A stretch of DNA of 61,156 bases from Perkinsus chesapeaki ATCC PRA-425 (lineage: Eukaryota; Protista; Perkinsozoa): assembly GCA_013115145.1 (NCBI GenBank), contig JAAPAO010000153.1, positions 1 to 61,156 on the forward strand. The letters are read 5' to 3'. The position numbers and the translations under genes were made by a program. The notes below the pieces were generated by a model. It had not been told where the DNA came from. It saw only the letters and a list, made by a program, of their open reading frames with translations, and ran no database searches. Shown here in pieces: positions 24,401 through 36,800 of the stretch. Each line of letters starts with the position of its first letter. The first letter of the stretch is position 1.

Positions 24401-25827
24401 GCACCAATACCTGTAGCCCGAGAGCCTCCCCTAATCGTTCTGATCAAAAAGCATTTGCTTGGATTTTTGAAGGCTACCGACAAACAACGTAATGCTGCCA
24501 GATACCAATCCTCAAAACAATCCATCCGAAATACTAATATCCATCAATAATACATTTTTTACTCCCTTGAGCAACACTCTTCCCACCAGGCCAGAACAGG
24601 AGTATGCTTGCGGTCCAGCTACTACTCGTGAGAATGTACGCCGAGCCATATGAGATATATACACGAAAAGGAGGCGTGCGGTTCATAAGTCGTCTTCTAT
24701 GACCAGCCTCTAATTCCTGTCCCCAACCCCTCCCTACTTGAAGAAAGCATCGTGTAGAACATTATAATCAATATCCAGTTTTCCAACTTTAGGCCGTATC
24801 TTCTCACGAGCTTGCGACTTTAAGGTCCTCTCCTCTTCTCTTTCCAAGATAGACTGGCGAATCTGTAACCAGTGCCATATGCAGCATTTCGCAGGTGTTT
24901 GAGGAGAGAGCGGTATGAGATTACCTTAGCAATTCCAGTCTGTTCGATATAAGGTGGTAACTTATAGCGGGGCTTCTCGCTGCCTCTTTTACATGCCATA
25001 TAACGTCGCTTGCTATTCCAATGCCTGAAATACTATTTTTCCATCAGAAATGACAACCTGCCTACCTAGGCACTGGTACTGTGTTCCGAGTACTCTTAAT
25101 ATGGACCAAAAAGAAAGGATCGCTTCCTGAGTTATCCCATGCTTCCACCACCTAACAGGTTAAATCCAAAAGATATTTTCGAGGTCGCCTTTCCTACATC
25201 AGGTCTCGTAACCAATTCCTTCAGTGTGACCAATGGTATCCTAGAAGCGTCCCTTATCTGCTTGCTAGTCCAATGCGGCTGGCCGTTTTTATCGGTTCTT
25301 GGGTATCCCAAGCTCTCAAGGCGCCGCCCCTGATTCATACCGACTTTCCCACAACTTTCCATCAGAACTACCTCTTCCTGGAACTTCTGCAACGCCGTCA
25401 TTCCCCCGTCCTTTTGATCCTCCTCATTCTGCTCTTCAGCATCATCTCCTTCCCCTGCTACTGGTTGAAGCTTTTCGTATCTAACTCATACCGTATTTCC
25501 CGCAAACACATAAACTGTGAACCATTACGCTGCCTTGAATTCCTCGGGAAGGGTCCGTACTGTATATTCTATATCAACATCATCATCGTTATTTTCGGTC
25601 TCGTCAGAGGGACTGGTGGGCTTTGTCAATTCCTCCTTATGTTTCTCCTCATCAACTTTCTCCTAAAAATTTAACCATAAAAGATTCAAAATAGGTCAGA
25701 ATGAGCGCCTCCACAAGATACCCCTTTCCCTTATAACCTCTCTTCTTCTCTTCCTAGCCTCCTTCCTTTTGAGAGCTCTCTTAACCCTTGTCCGCTCCGC
25801 CCGTTGAGCTGCTGTTAAAGCTACCAT
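21499..25827 (-). CDS. SF3B2: Splicing factor 3B subunit 2 (SAP145/Cus1), multi-exon
   Basis: Exon peptides LKELVTRPD|VVEAWD...DPFFLVHIKSTRNTVPVPR, HGDM|YYEGREYE, GWGRPPVDEFGNPLYG, Thr-Pro repeats (GTQTP, LETP) and C-terminal KKHKKIKF. Confidence 0.92.
21613..21673 (-). pseudogene. 61-nt intron of SF3B2 that is a 5'-truncated tRNA in register from the D-loop onward
   Basis: GTA-GAGC-G-CTTGG-CTGCCAT-GGGAA-AGGTC-GCTGG-TTCGATT-CTATG-GTGGTGT-A-TTTT-AG. Splicing is needed to reach the conserved KKIKF stop. Confidence 0.75.
23435..23460 (-). pseudogene. tRNA 3'-end relic (Gly/Glu/Asp-like) at the 3' end of SF3B2 intron 23419..23595
   Basis: C-CCGGG-TTCGATT-CTCGG-GAGGTGT-A followed by TATTTTATTCTTTTAG. 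Confidence 0.65.
24281..24310 (+). pseudogene. tRNA 3'-part relic (Ser-like) antisense at the 5' end of SF3B2 intron 24239..24315
   Basis: CCCGC-ACAGG-TTCGATT-CCCAG-CCAAACG-A. It shares CCGCACAGGTTCGATTCCC with the relic at 15896..15923. Confidence 0.6.
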
Positions 25828-26393
25828 TAACGGCCCAAGACAAGAACACTGACAAATTTTCTGCGCAAATGTAAACGCAAATCGATCATCCGGGCGCGCG
25901 CTTTTTTAAAATAATTTGCCAACACTTCTGCTAGAAGGTCTCCCCAAGGTATCTTTCCCGTTGACTCTTTCACCTTTCATAGTGAAGACCTGTTTTTTGT
26001 TATTCTGCGCAAGCTGGCGGTCATACGGAACGTCAAAAGGCTTCCAGACTCTCATTTGTTAGCTCTGTGTGATTTGTTATCGTTTCCATTTCACCTAGCG
26101 TGCCGCTAAGGTGCATCTTGCAGGATTCATGAAAGGTCAATTGGTGTACCTTATCAATTTTGGACGGCAATCTACCGCGTAATAATTTATCCTGCTTTAT
26201 TATTGATAGTGGCCGTTGGTGCCCGGGATGCCTCAATTGCCTCATGCGCCGTAATATGGAACTGTCCGTTCGATTCCAAAGGAGGACATTTCAATGATCT
26301 GAAACTCGAATTCAACCGTTCTCTCTTGAACCTTCATTCGCTTCCTCTAATAAATTGGCTTGCCTCTCTCAGTGACCATTTATCCACCTTCAA

Positions 26394-29300
26394 ATGTCAC
26401 CATCACTCGTTGATGGCCCTCAAGAGTCTGGTGGTTCCTCAGCAGCAGCACAGCCCTCCCAGCAGTCATCCAACGGCTCGTCTCTGTTCACTCTCAAGAA
26501 CATCGCCGGCGGGGCCGCACTTGCAGCCGCCAGCGGTGCTTTAGCCTATAGTCTCGTCCTGAGCAAGGCCAAACGCGGCGCCAACTCCTCTGCCAATCAG
26601 AAGAAGCTCGGTCCACCGGTGCCACGTGAGTCCCATGAAGATCCTGATGTTCTTAAGGCATTGACGGCCACTAGAACCAGTCACATGAAGGCCTATGATG
26701 GCGCCACTGCAGCTTCCTATGTGGCATATCACTTGTCCGACTCAGTGTTCATCTATCCTATTACCCCTTCTACCCCACTTGGCGAGAACTGTGATCAATG
26801 GTCAGCCTCTGGAGAGAAGAATGCCTACGGTCAGGTCACAGCCGTAAAGCAAATGCAAAGTGAGGCCGGCGTCGCCGGCGCATTGCATGGCTCCTTGGTC
26901 GCTGGTGGTCTCTCATCTACGTTCACCGCATCCCAGGGTCTTCTATTGATGATCCCTAATATGTACAAAATCGCCGGTGAGCTCTTACCTTGTGTATTTC
27001 ACGTGCCAGCGCGGTCCCTAGCCGGTCAAGCGCTCTCCATCTTCGGAGACCATTCAGACATCATGGCCGTTCGTCAGACCGGTTGGGCTATCATCTGCGC
27101 TAGTACCGTGCAGGAGTGCATGGATATGGCCCTGGCCGCCCATATAGCTACATTGAAGTCTCGTGTGCCGTTTGTACATTTCTTCGATGGCTTTAGAACA
27201 TCCCATGAGATTCAGAAGATTAACGATATGACTACTGATCAGATCGAGCTGGTTGCCAAGATCATGTCAAAGGAGATCGACGCCCACAGAGAGAGGGCTC
27301 TCAACCCCAACCACCCCACTGTTCGCGGCACAGCACAGTCTCCCGATATCTACTTCCAGAACGTTGAGGCGGCTAACCCCTACTACAACGCCGTGCCAGA
27401 ACATGTCCTGAACTCCTTCGAGATGGTCGAGGCTGTGACCGGCCGTCATTACGACTTGTTCGATTATGAAGGTGATCCGGAGGCGACTCATGTGTTTGTC
27501 ATCATGGGAGCTGGTGCCTGTACTGTCTCCGAGACCATCAAGTATCTTAAGGTCCATGAGCCTCGCTATAAGCTAGGTCTGCTGAGGGTGAGGCTCCTGA
27601 GGCCATGGTCTGTCTCGCACTTCCTTGCTGCCCTTCCTGCTACTGTTAAAAGGATATGTGTATTCGACCACTGCAAGGAGTCAGGCGCCATCGGTGAGCC
27701 TCTTTATGTCGATGTGTGCGCCAGCATTCAAAAGTCCAACAGATCGGACATCCTCGTAAGTCTGTGAAGTATCAAATAAATTTATACCGATCTTTCCTCA
27801 GGTCATCGGGGGACGCTTCGGTCTTGCTTCCAAGAATTTTTCACCCGGCCAGGTTTATGCCGCTGTCAAGAACCTTGTGGACGCCAAGGTCCCCAAGAGC
27901 CCCTTCACTGTGGGCATCGATGATGATGTTACCAATCTGTCTCTACAAGTCCCCTACGAGATCGACGTGGCCGATCCTGCCACTACTCAGTGCATGTTCT
28001 GGGGCTTCGGTTCTGACGGCACTGTTGGTGCTAATAAGAACGCCATCAAGATCATAGCCGACAACACTGACCTCTACGCCCAGGGCTTCTTCCTCTATGA
28101 TGCTTTGAAGTCCGGAGGCGTCACGGTGTCACATTTGAGGTTCGGTCCTAAGCCCATTGACTCTCCGTATGAGATTATGAGCGGTTGCGAGTACGTTGCT
28201 GTCCACAAGAAGGAGTATGTCAACACTTTCGACGCGTCCTTAATTCTCGGAGCAAGCAAGCCTGGCAGCATTGTCGTGCTGAACGCCCCGTGGCTCACCG
28301 TGGACGAGATGGAAGAGCATTTGCCTCCCAAGTTTAAGAGGATGATCGCCGACAAGCACTTGAAGCTCTACGTTATCGATGCTAATCTGGTGGCTAAGGA
28401 ATCCGGCATGGGTCGTCTTATTAATAACATCATGCAAGCCGTGTTCTTCCGCCTAGCTGGAGCTCTCCCCTACGAGCAGGCCATGCCGCTCTTCGAAACT
28501 GCTATCGAGAAGACCTACAAGAACAAGGGTGTCGATGTTGTGCGGAAGAATCTATTGGCTGTTAGCAACGCCATTGATAATCTCAACCAGATCGACGTCC
28601 CTTATAGCAGTTGGTCGAAGTGTGAGCTTCTGGATCACGAAGTTCCCCGTACTGGAGAGGAGCCTTCGTTCGTCCGGAATGTCCTGGATAAGATCCACAC
28701 CAGGCTCGGCGACAACCTGTCAGTATCGGCCTTCACTCCTGGCGGAGTCGTTCCCCTCGGTATGACCCAGTGGGCCAAGCGTGGTGTTGCACAAGCTGTC
28801 CCCGTCGTTGATATGGACAAATGCACACAGTGCAACAAGTGCTCGGCTATCTGTCCTCACGGTGTTATCAGACCGTTCCTGGCATCACCTCAGGAGCTCG
28901 CTTCAGAGAAGACCCCTCTGACGTTCGTCACTAAACCTGCTACCGGTGGTAACCAGACCTCTGGCTTGGCATTCAGAATTCAAGCTTCACCCTTGGATTG
29001 CACTGGCTGCGAAGTCTGTGTTAATAGCTGTCCTGACAACGCCCTCGCCATGAAGCCCTTGCCTGATGCCATCGCCGAAGGTCACAAGGACAACTGGGAC
29101 TATGCCATGACCCTGGAGAGCCGCGGTGATCGTTTCGACTCACACACACTGAAGGGTTCGCAATTCCAGCAACCTTTGTTGGAGTTCTCGGGCGCTTGCG
29201 CTGGTTGCGGCGAGACGCCCTACGCCAAATTGTTGACTCAAATGTTTGGCAAAAGAATGCTCATCGCCAATGCCACTGGTTGCAGTTCTATTTGGGGTGG

Positions 29301-32076
29301 CACTGCTGGCTGGATTCCCTACACTGCTGATAAGAAGACCGGCAAGGGCCCCGCTTGGGGTAACTCACTTTTTGAAGATAACGCCGAGTACGGTATGGGC
29401 ATTGCCGTGGCCCAGCAGCACAGGCGGGATCAGCTCAAGCTCCGAGTCCAGGAGGCTCTCGATGACAGCAGTGTTGTTGGAGAGCTTCGATTGGCCCTAG
29501 AGCAATGGCTTGATAACTTCGCCGACGCCGAGGCTTCCTCTAGATTCGGTCAACAAGTTGTCGACTTGCTGGACGCGGCTGCTCAGAAGGGCGAGTTGCC
29601 AGAGTGCCTGGAGAAGTGCCGAAGACTCTGGGATATGTTCACTAAGAGCTCTGTGTGGATTATGGGTGGTGACGGCTGGGCTAATGATATCGGTTATGGT
29701 GGTATCGATCATGTATTGGCTCTCAACGAGAACGTTAACATTGTTGTCTTGGATACCGAAGTCTATTCCAATACTGGTGGTCAGGGATCAAAGGCTACTC
29801 CAATGGGAGCAGTAGCCAAGTTCATGCGAAATGGTCGCGATCTGCAGAAGAAGGACATTGGCCACTTGGCGATGTCGTACCCTAATGTTTATGTGGCATC
29901 ATGCTCACTAGGAGCCAACTACTCCCAGACGGTCAGAGCCTTCCATGAGGCTGAGAAGCATGTCGGCCCATCACTGGTGCTTTGCTATGCTCCTTGTATC
30001 GAGCATCGTATTAAGAATGGTCTGACTAGGATGTCCCAAGATCAGAAGGCAGCTGCCGAGTCGGGCTACTGCCCTCTCTATCGCTATGATCCTAGTCTGA
30101 TCGACCAAGGCAAGAACCCCTTCCAACTCGACTGCAAGACCATCAAGCCTGAGGTGTTGGATATGTTCTTGAAGAATCAGAATCGTTACGAGCAGCTGGT
30201 CAGGCGTATGCCGGAGCACGCCGCAGAGCTTCAGAGAGGCCTTAAGAAGTACATCAAGCAGCGTCACGAGCAGCTCTTGGCAGCTTCAGCCGAGGCTGTT
30301 CACGCCGCTGATGACCTTACCAACGGCCTCGGTGCCGGTGCCCGCGTTTATTACGCCTCCGATACCGGCACTACCGAGCAGCTGGCCAAACGTCTGTCTG
30401 GTATACTGAAGCGCAGAGGCGTTGTGGTGAAGGCATGCGATGCTATGGATGAGCTGGACTTGGCTGACTCTGCCAACTCTGACGATCTTCTCGTTCTTCT
30501 TTCGTCTACTTGTGGTGATGGTGACATGCCATCAGCGGCCACCGCATTATGGGAGCAGATGTCCCAGATGGACAAGTCTCAGAAGGTCACCGGACGTTAC
30601 TGTGTGTTCGGTCTTGGTGACAGCTCCTACGAGCACTTCTGCGCTGCCGCTGTCAAGCTTGACGCCAGAGTTGCTGAACTTGGAATGACTCGCGTCATTC
30701 CTCTTGCCAAGGGCGATGATCGTGCTGATGACGGCTGGGCTACTGCCTTTGATGAGTGGCTTCCGAAGCTCTGCGAAGAGGTCGGCGCTAAGCCCGAGGA
30801 TGAGGAGGAGTACGAGGCGCTCTTCGAGGTGACGAGCCTACCAATAACAGCTGCTGACAAGAACTTGCCTTACCAAAGGATTGTGCCGCCGGGAGCCCAG
30901 GCTGTCCCTGTCTTGGAGAACAGACGTTTGACTCCTGAGACCTATGAAAGGGATATCCGCCATATTGGCCTCGACATCTCTAATGCTGACTTGCCCTTCC
31001 GCCTTGGTGATGCGATCACACTTTACCCCAAGAATCTGGAGTCGGATGTCGACACCTTGTTCAACGAGGTTATCACTCATCTCGATCGCAACGATGTGGT
31101 ATCTGTCAAGTGTCTCTCCGATGATGTGCCAGCCAGGCTTCGCTCTGCCTTCAAGGCTCGGATGCCTATCAAGCAGATCTTCGTCGAGCTTTTAGATATC
31201 TTCGGCAAGCCCAGTCGTAGCTTCTATCGTCAGCTCGCTCGTGTCAGCAAGAGCAACGATGAAGCTGAGCAGTTGAAGACCATAGCAGACTCGGACGAGA
31301 AGTTCAAGGAGCTCCTCGGTGAAAGCGTCTCCTTCGCGGACGTCCTGCGTAGATTTCCCAAGTCCACCGAATCGATGACTTTGGTAAACTTCCTTGAGAT
31401 CATTCCTCTGCTCAAGCCTCGGCTCTACTCTATTGCCAACAGCTCCTTCTACACCCCGAACAAGGTCGAGCTCACTGTTGTCATCAATCGTTGGCAGAAC
31501 TCGGAAGGCGACCTCAAGACCGGTACCAGTACGCGTTATCTTGGTTTCAGCAATGACAACATGATGTGCGTTTCTGTTGCCAGCGGTACGTTCACCTTCC
31601 CCGAGGACGAGCGGACGCCTATGGTCATGGCTGCCCTTGGTACCGGTATCGCTCCCATGCGCGCCTTTGTCCAAGACCGCATGTACAAGAAGCAAGTGCT
31701 TGGCATCGAAACTGGTCCTATGGTGGTTTTCTATGGCTGCCGTCACGAGAAGGAAGAGTTCCTTTATCGCGAGGAGTGGAAGAAGTACGAAGATGCTGGT
31801 GTGTTAACGAAGGTCATCAATGCGTTCTCGCATGACCAGGATCATATGATCTTCGTGCAGCACAAGATAGCTGAGAATCCCGATGTCATTTTCAAGTACA
31901 TCTACGACCTAAAGGGTTACTTCTACTTCTGCGGTCCCTCGATTGCTGTTAATGATGTTGAATCTGCGGTGAAGGGTGCCGTTGAAACAGTTGGTAAAAT
32001 GAGCAAAGAAGAAGTTGATAAATGGTTCGAGGAGGAGATTAAAGCTAAGAAGCGCTACTCTACCGAAGCCTACTAG
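26394..32076 (+). CDS. PNO: Pyruvate:NADP+ oxidoreductase (PFO fused to a flavodoxin/CPR diflavin reductase); 2 exons (26394..27755, 27802..32076), about 1878 aa
   Basis: PFO motifs YPITPSTP, QMQSEAG, FFDGFRTSHE, two CxxCxxCxxxCP ferredoxin motifs and the TPP motif GGDGWANDIGYGG. CPR motifs YASDTGTTE, VFGLGDSSYEHFC, RLYSI, GTGIAPMRAF, FYGCRH and YFCG. The 46-nt GTAAGT..CAG intron joins DIL|VIGGRFGL in frame. Confidence 0.95.
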
Positions 32077-32415
32077 CAATATCCGTCATCAGTACTACTT
32101 ATACACCGTTATTGTTCTATCTCTCTTATCACACTTGCTGGTAAGTAGCATTAGCTATTATCATACCAGTTGTCAATTTTCAATGTCTTATGGTTACTGA
32201 GGTTACTGTTCCTATTCCACCGCAAGTACTGTGCTCTTGCTAATGCTGTCATTGTGTTGCTGTTGTTCTTAATCTGGCTACTGTATCAGTGGCCTCAGTG
32301 TTGTTTTATACTACTATTCGCTCTTTTGCATACTTTAGCCGTATAGAGCCCCTCTTGCGTTAAACTCAACAGTGAAAATGCTGAAAAGTTAAATCGCATT
32401 GCTAAGCGAGTGAGC

Positions 32416-33036
32416 CTAGTTAAAGGGAGAAAAGTCTTGCCTGTGAGATTCTAGATGAGTAAAAGTTACATTCCACCTTCCTCTGTAACCAAACACGATA
32501 CTATTCGAGTCTCGGTTGTAGAGGAGCATAGCAAAGTCAGAAGGCTCAATTCGAGGAGAAAAAGGTCTGAGTTCATCTACGCAGACTCGTGGCAAAGTTA
32601 TAGCGATATTCTTGGCATCAAGCATATCATAACCAATACTTTTGCATTTGACGTGGCAATTGAACATAACCAGATCCATATCAAACTTGAGCTCATCATC
32701 ATAGAAGAACATCCCGCCCATAACATACGAGTGTTCAACAGGGGCTTCGTAGTCGCCTTTGGGATGAAGGATACGTCCGTGAATGTGACAGATGAGAAAT
32801 GGTGCGATAGAGAATCTCATAAACGTGGGCGTGAAAAAGACAGTGCGAATGTACTGTCGGCACAACTGTAAGGATTGTCATACCAGGAAGAGTTCTCAGA
32901 ATCGAAACCTGAATTTTTACCACGCAGAATTCTATATCCTTGAAAGGCGAACAAAGCAACCCAAAATTCTTACACTTCCCGGCCATAAATCGCCAAGGAT
33001 TGATAACGCCGAAAAAAGCAGTAATGAACCCTTCAT
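32416..33036 (-). CDS. Hypothetical, possibly secreted protein, multi-exon
   Basis: Start MKGSLLLFSALSILG is signal-like, with a 149-aa downstream ORF. No family recognised. Confidence 0.3.
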
Positions 33037-33170
33037 AATTATACTGCAACACAACAATACAAAATAATCTGCCCTCCTGTCTCCACGATGATAACAGTAA
33101 AGCACCAAACGAGCTGCTTATACCATCAACACCATACTGGCGACTATCAAACTCTCATCCGAATAGTGGC

Positions 33171-33656
33171 TTAGGCAGAGACGGCGAACTTCCTCATGGG
33201 GAAGTTGGCCTTGCGAGTCTGCTCCCTGGCGGTCTTCTTGTTGTACTGGGCAGGGGTAAGAGCACGACGCTTAGCTCTGGTAAGCTTGGAGCGAAGATCC
33301 AAAGGAACGTACTTCTTGCCGGCGAAGGAAGCACGGGCCTAAATAATATATATTAATAAAATAAATACTTGACGTTAATTATTACGGCATCCTTCCTGGT
33401 CTGGTTGTAGACGGTCAAAGTACGTGCGATGTTCTTGCGGACAGTCTAAGAACAGAATGATAACAACCGTTTTAGTACTGTTTAAATACACTATTAATAC
33501 TGCCCTGGACATTACCTTGATCTCAGCAACCTTGCCAGCAGTGCTGGAGAGAGCCTTAGAGACCCTCAAAGAGACAAGCTTCTGCTTGAGCTCATCGAGA
33601 TCAGTAAGAAGCTCCTTCTCGGACTTGCTTCGGATTTGATAAGCCTTAACCTTCAT
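33171..33656 (-). CDS. RPL35: 60S ribosomal protein L35 (uL29); exons 33516..33656, 33386..33445, 33171..33338; 122 aa
   Basis: MKVKAYQIRSKSEKELLTDLDELKQKLVSLRVSK...IK|TVRKNIARTLTVYNQ...|KKYVPLDLRSKLTRAKRRALT. Confidence 0.95.
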
Positions 33657-33822
33657 TGCTAGGAGAGAGGTGGGTAGAAGCAGGGACGCGAAAGGTGTCT
33701 GCCGCTCGCGCCCAAAAGCTACATATAATCGATCACTCGGGCGAGCGCTACTTACGTACACCTCGTCGTGCGTCCCCATCATGTTAGAGACTGGTGTGAG
33801 TTGTGGGTGCAGTTATTGTTTT

Positions 33823-36800
33823 ATGGGCGATCAGAATCAAGTGAAAGAATTCAATATGACAGATTCTGATACAGGCAAACCAATGCAAAAGGGCGGCAAG
33901 GAGGTACACAACCGCTGTTGGCGAGAATAAAGCTACTTTAGGACGTCTCCAACGGCCCCGTCAAAAACCGTAAATGCACCGACGTTTTGATGTACATACT
34001 ATTCTTGGCTCATTTGGCTCTGTAAGGGACTCGACTCAACGGCGATAAGTGGCCTCGGATAGGTTTGTGGTGGTTCTTGGGGTAGCTATAAAAGGGAACG
34101 GGAATCCTAACAGGCTAATAGCCGGTCAAGATTGGCAGGGAAACTTCTGTGGTAGGAGTGCTACAGTGCAAGATGGCTGAGGAGTTGCGTCAGGAATTTC
34201 CGGACAAGTCACAGATAACGCAACGACTGATGCTACTATGGGCCTCCAGGACTTGTCGGAATACAATTACATCTACTACGCATTGAATACAACACCTGTG
34301 TTTGAGACCATAATCTCTGCAGTGAGATTTTCAATAGGAAACTTCTACGGCAGCCAACCTATTTAGGCCAGTGGTGACAGTGGAGGGGGATATGATAACA
34401 GTCTGGTGACTGATCTGACCAGCAAGTTCAATGATCCGACAACCCTCTTTTCCGGGTCTGGAGGAAACAGCTTCATCTCCGAGATCACGAAATATTTCGT
34501 TCCCGTGTGCGTGAAGCAATGTCCTGATGAGGACACCCTTGTCGACCGTAGGGTCCATCGTTGTGTTATAAGGAGCTAGTGTAGTGTGTACAGGCGAATA
34601 CTTCTGGGAGGGCCCCATAGATGGTCCGACAGGCCCAACAGATGTAGCTACTTTTTGGAGGACAAAAATAATGACCCTGTCTGACAGTGGTAGGGCATGT
34701 CGGTTTTTGAAGTTCGGTTAATAGAAGTTTTTTGTTAGCAAAACAGCCGTTCACGATGAAAGCGCTTTCCTCGGAGTTTTGTCCTTACGATTCGAAATAC
34801 TGTGTACCTCTGCCGGGGGTGGAAGTTGGATCGGTATTGAAAAGATATTGCGTAAGTCTGGAGACAAAGCTTGTGATACTGGCTCGACCATAAGATAATT
34901 CCGCGGCCGGGAATTGAACCCGGGTCTCCTGCGTGACAGGCAGGAATACTAACCTCTATACTACCGCGGATCTGTTCCAAAACAGCGTTCGCGCATCTGT
35001 TCCAAACACTGGATGCACTGCTCGGCAAGCAGCTCTTCTTAACAGGTACCTCGTATGCAAGCCATTGGCAGCGCAGTAAATGGTGTCAGCAGCTTCGTAC
35101 CTGATAAATTCTCCAAGGCTTTGGGTAAGTCCTAAACAAACACTTCTCACACAAGTTGCATCCGCCCTTCTAGGCAGTGGCTTTGGAGACGTTGTCGGAG
35201 ATATCGTCACCGTCTACCCCGCTATAATTATCACCACACTCTGCTCAATAGTGATCGGTGTGGTAGGTTGGTATAGCTTGTTTATGCTCTAGATGGAATT
35301 CCACAGATATACCTGATATTCCTTCGTATGTTTGTTGGGGTCATCGTCTGGCTCTCGGTGATACTGTTCTTCCTCATCCTGCTAGGAGGAGGAGTCTTCG
35401 GCCTTCTGTAAGTTACCGTCAAAAAGGGGATGTTGCTCAAGTGAGGCAACTATGTAGCTTCTGTATCATAAGTACTGAATAAACCGCGAGTGGTTCAATG
35501 GCCAGGAGAAGCTACACGACGCAGAAATACGAGGGCGAAGAGATTCTAATAGTCAGACACTGTTCCAACCATCGCTATTGTTCAGATATGTTAACAAATG
35601 CGTAGGAGATTCTATTCTCGACACAGCCAAGGACCTCTCCTCGAACGCAGATGCACTGACAGCAGGTGAACTGTGGAGTCATTTAGTAACTTGGAAATCT
35701 AGAATTGATTATGCAACCTGAATCTGAGGATTCATTTAATTGCAGAAGACTTTTCAAAAGAGACTCTAATAACCACATAAACATGCATCGCTATCTTCAG
35801 GTCTAACTGGCAGCTCTGAGTGCGCTAATGGCTTCTCCATTGCTGACGAGTTCCAGAGAGACGTCGTCAAGTATTCTTCATATGTTGTCCTCGGACTCGC
35901 TGGTGAGTCTTACCATCTCCAAATAACTTTTTGTCCATCGCTATCATCTCAAATCTAACATGCATCATATTACTTTCCGTCCAAGGAGAGATCGGCCTTT
36001 ACCGACTTTTTTCCGTATTTTCACTTGCTCCACGGACGCGCTCGTGCCCTTCAATTCTGCTTTTCCATAAGACTTCAGAATTGAGAACGTACAATCCTGC
36101 TCCTTTCCTGTATCTGACAAGCGGCAAAAATCCCCGAATACGTATCCTCGTAGATATGCTACCACATCAGCTGACTCGATCATTAACCCTATCGGTGTTC
36201 CCTTCTCAGCACTATACTTGCTCATCCTCCTATGCTTGTGCAAGAGAATCAGACTCGGAATCGCCTTGAACAAGGTGGCTGCTCAGTTCGTCTACAACAA
36301 TAAGCTTGTGCTCATAATACCAGTGTGAGTGTTCAACTAACCGCGTTAGCTTTCATACCGCTCCTTCCTTTAATCGTAGGCTCCAGACCATAAAGTGCAT
36401 GGGTTGGTGGGCGGTATGGCTCGTAGCAGTCTGCTTTACTATCAGTAATGTCCCTGAAGCCAAGATCAAGACAGGTGCGCACGCTGAAGATTTCTGAAGA
36501 TACTCTTCATCCTAGGTACCTATACCGATTACGCAGTAGCCGCGAGTTACGAGGAATGCGTGGAGCCCTCGCAAGTCTACGTTTAGTAAGTGATTTGTGT
36601 GAAAGGTAGATGCCCTAATGTCCGATGCAGTGGTCGTTACACAGACGACAATGGCCTAATTCAAAACCTATATGCTTGTAAAGAACCAAGATACAATTTA
36701 GGTCAGCTTCACGTCATTCGTGAACTAATCGATCATCGTTATGTTGTCAGATGCTCTATTTGCGTACGAGTTCTTCTCTCTTTTATGGGTTAACGCCTTC

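Noticed and set aside
25150-25170. AACAGGTTAAATCC in an SF3B2 intron, and CTGGGTTCGGGATC near 13330
   Set aside because: Only partial T-loop similarity in AT-rich introns; not distinguishable from chance.
27877-27879. ORF-track start suggesting PFO is split into two genes
   Set aside because: A 46-nt canonical intron (27756..27801) joins the two ORFs in frame into one PNO.
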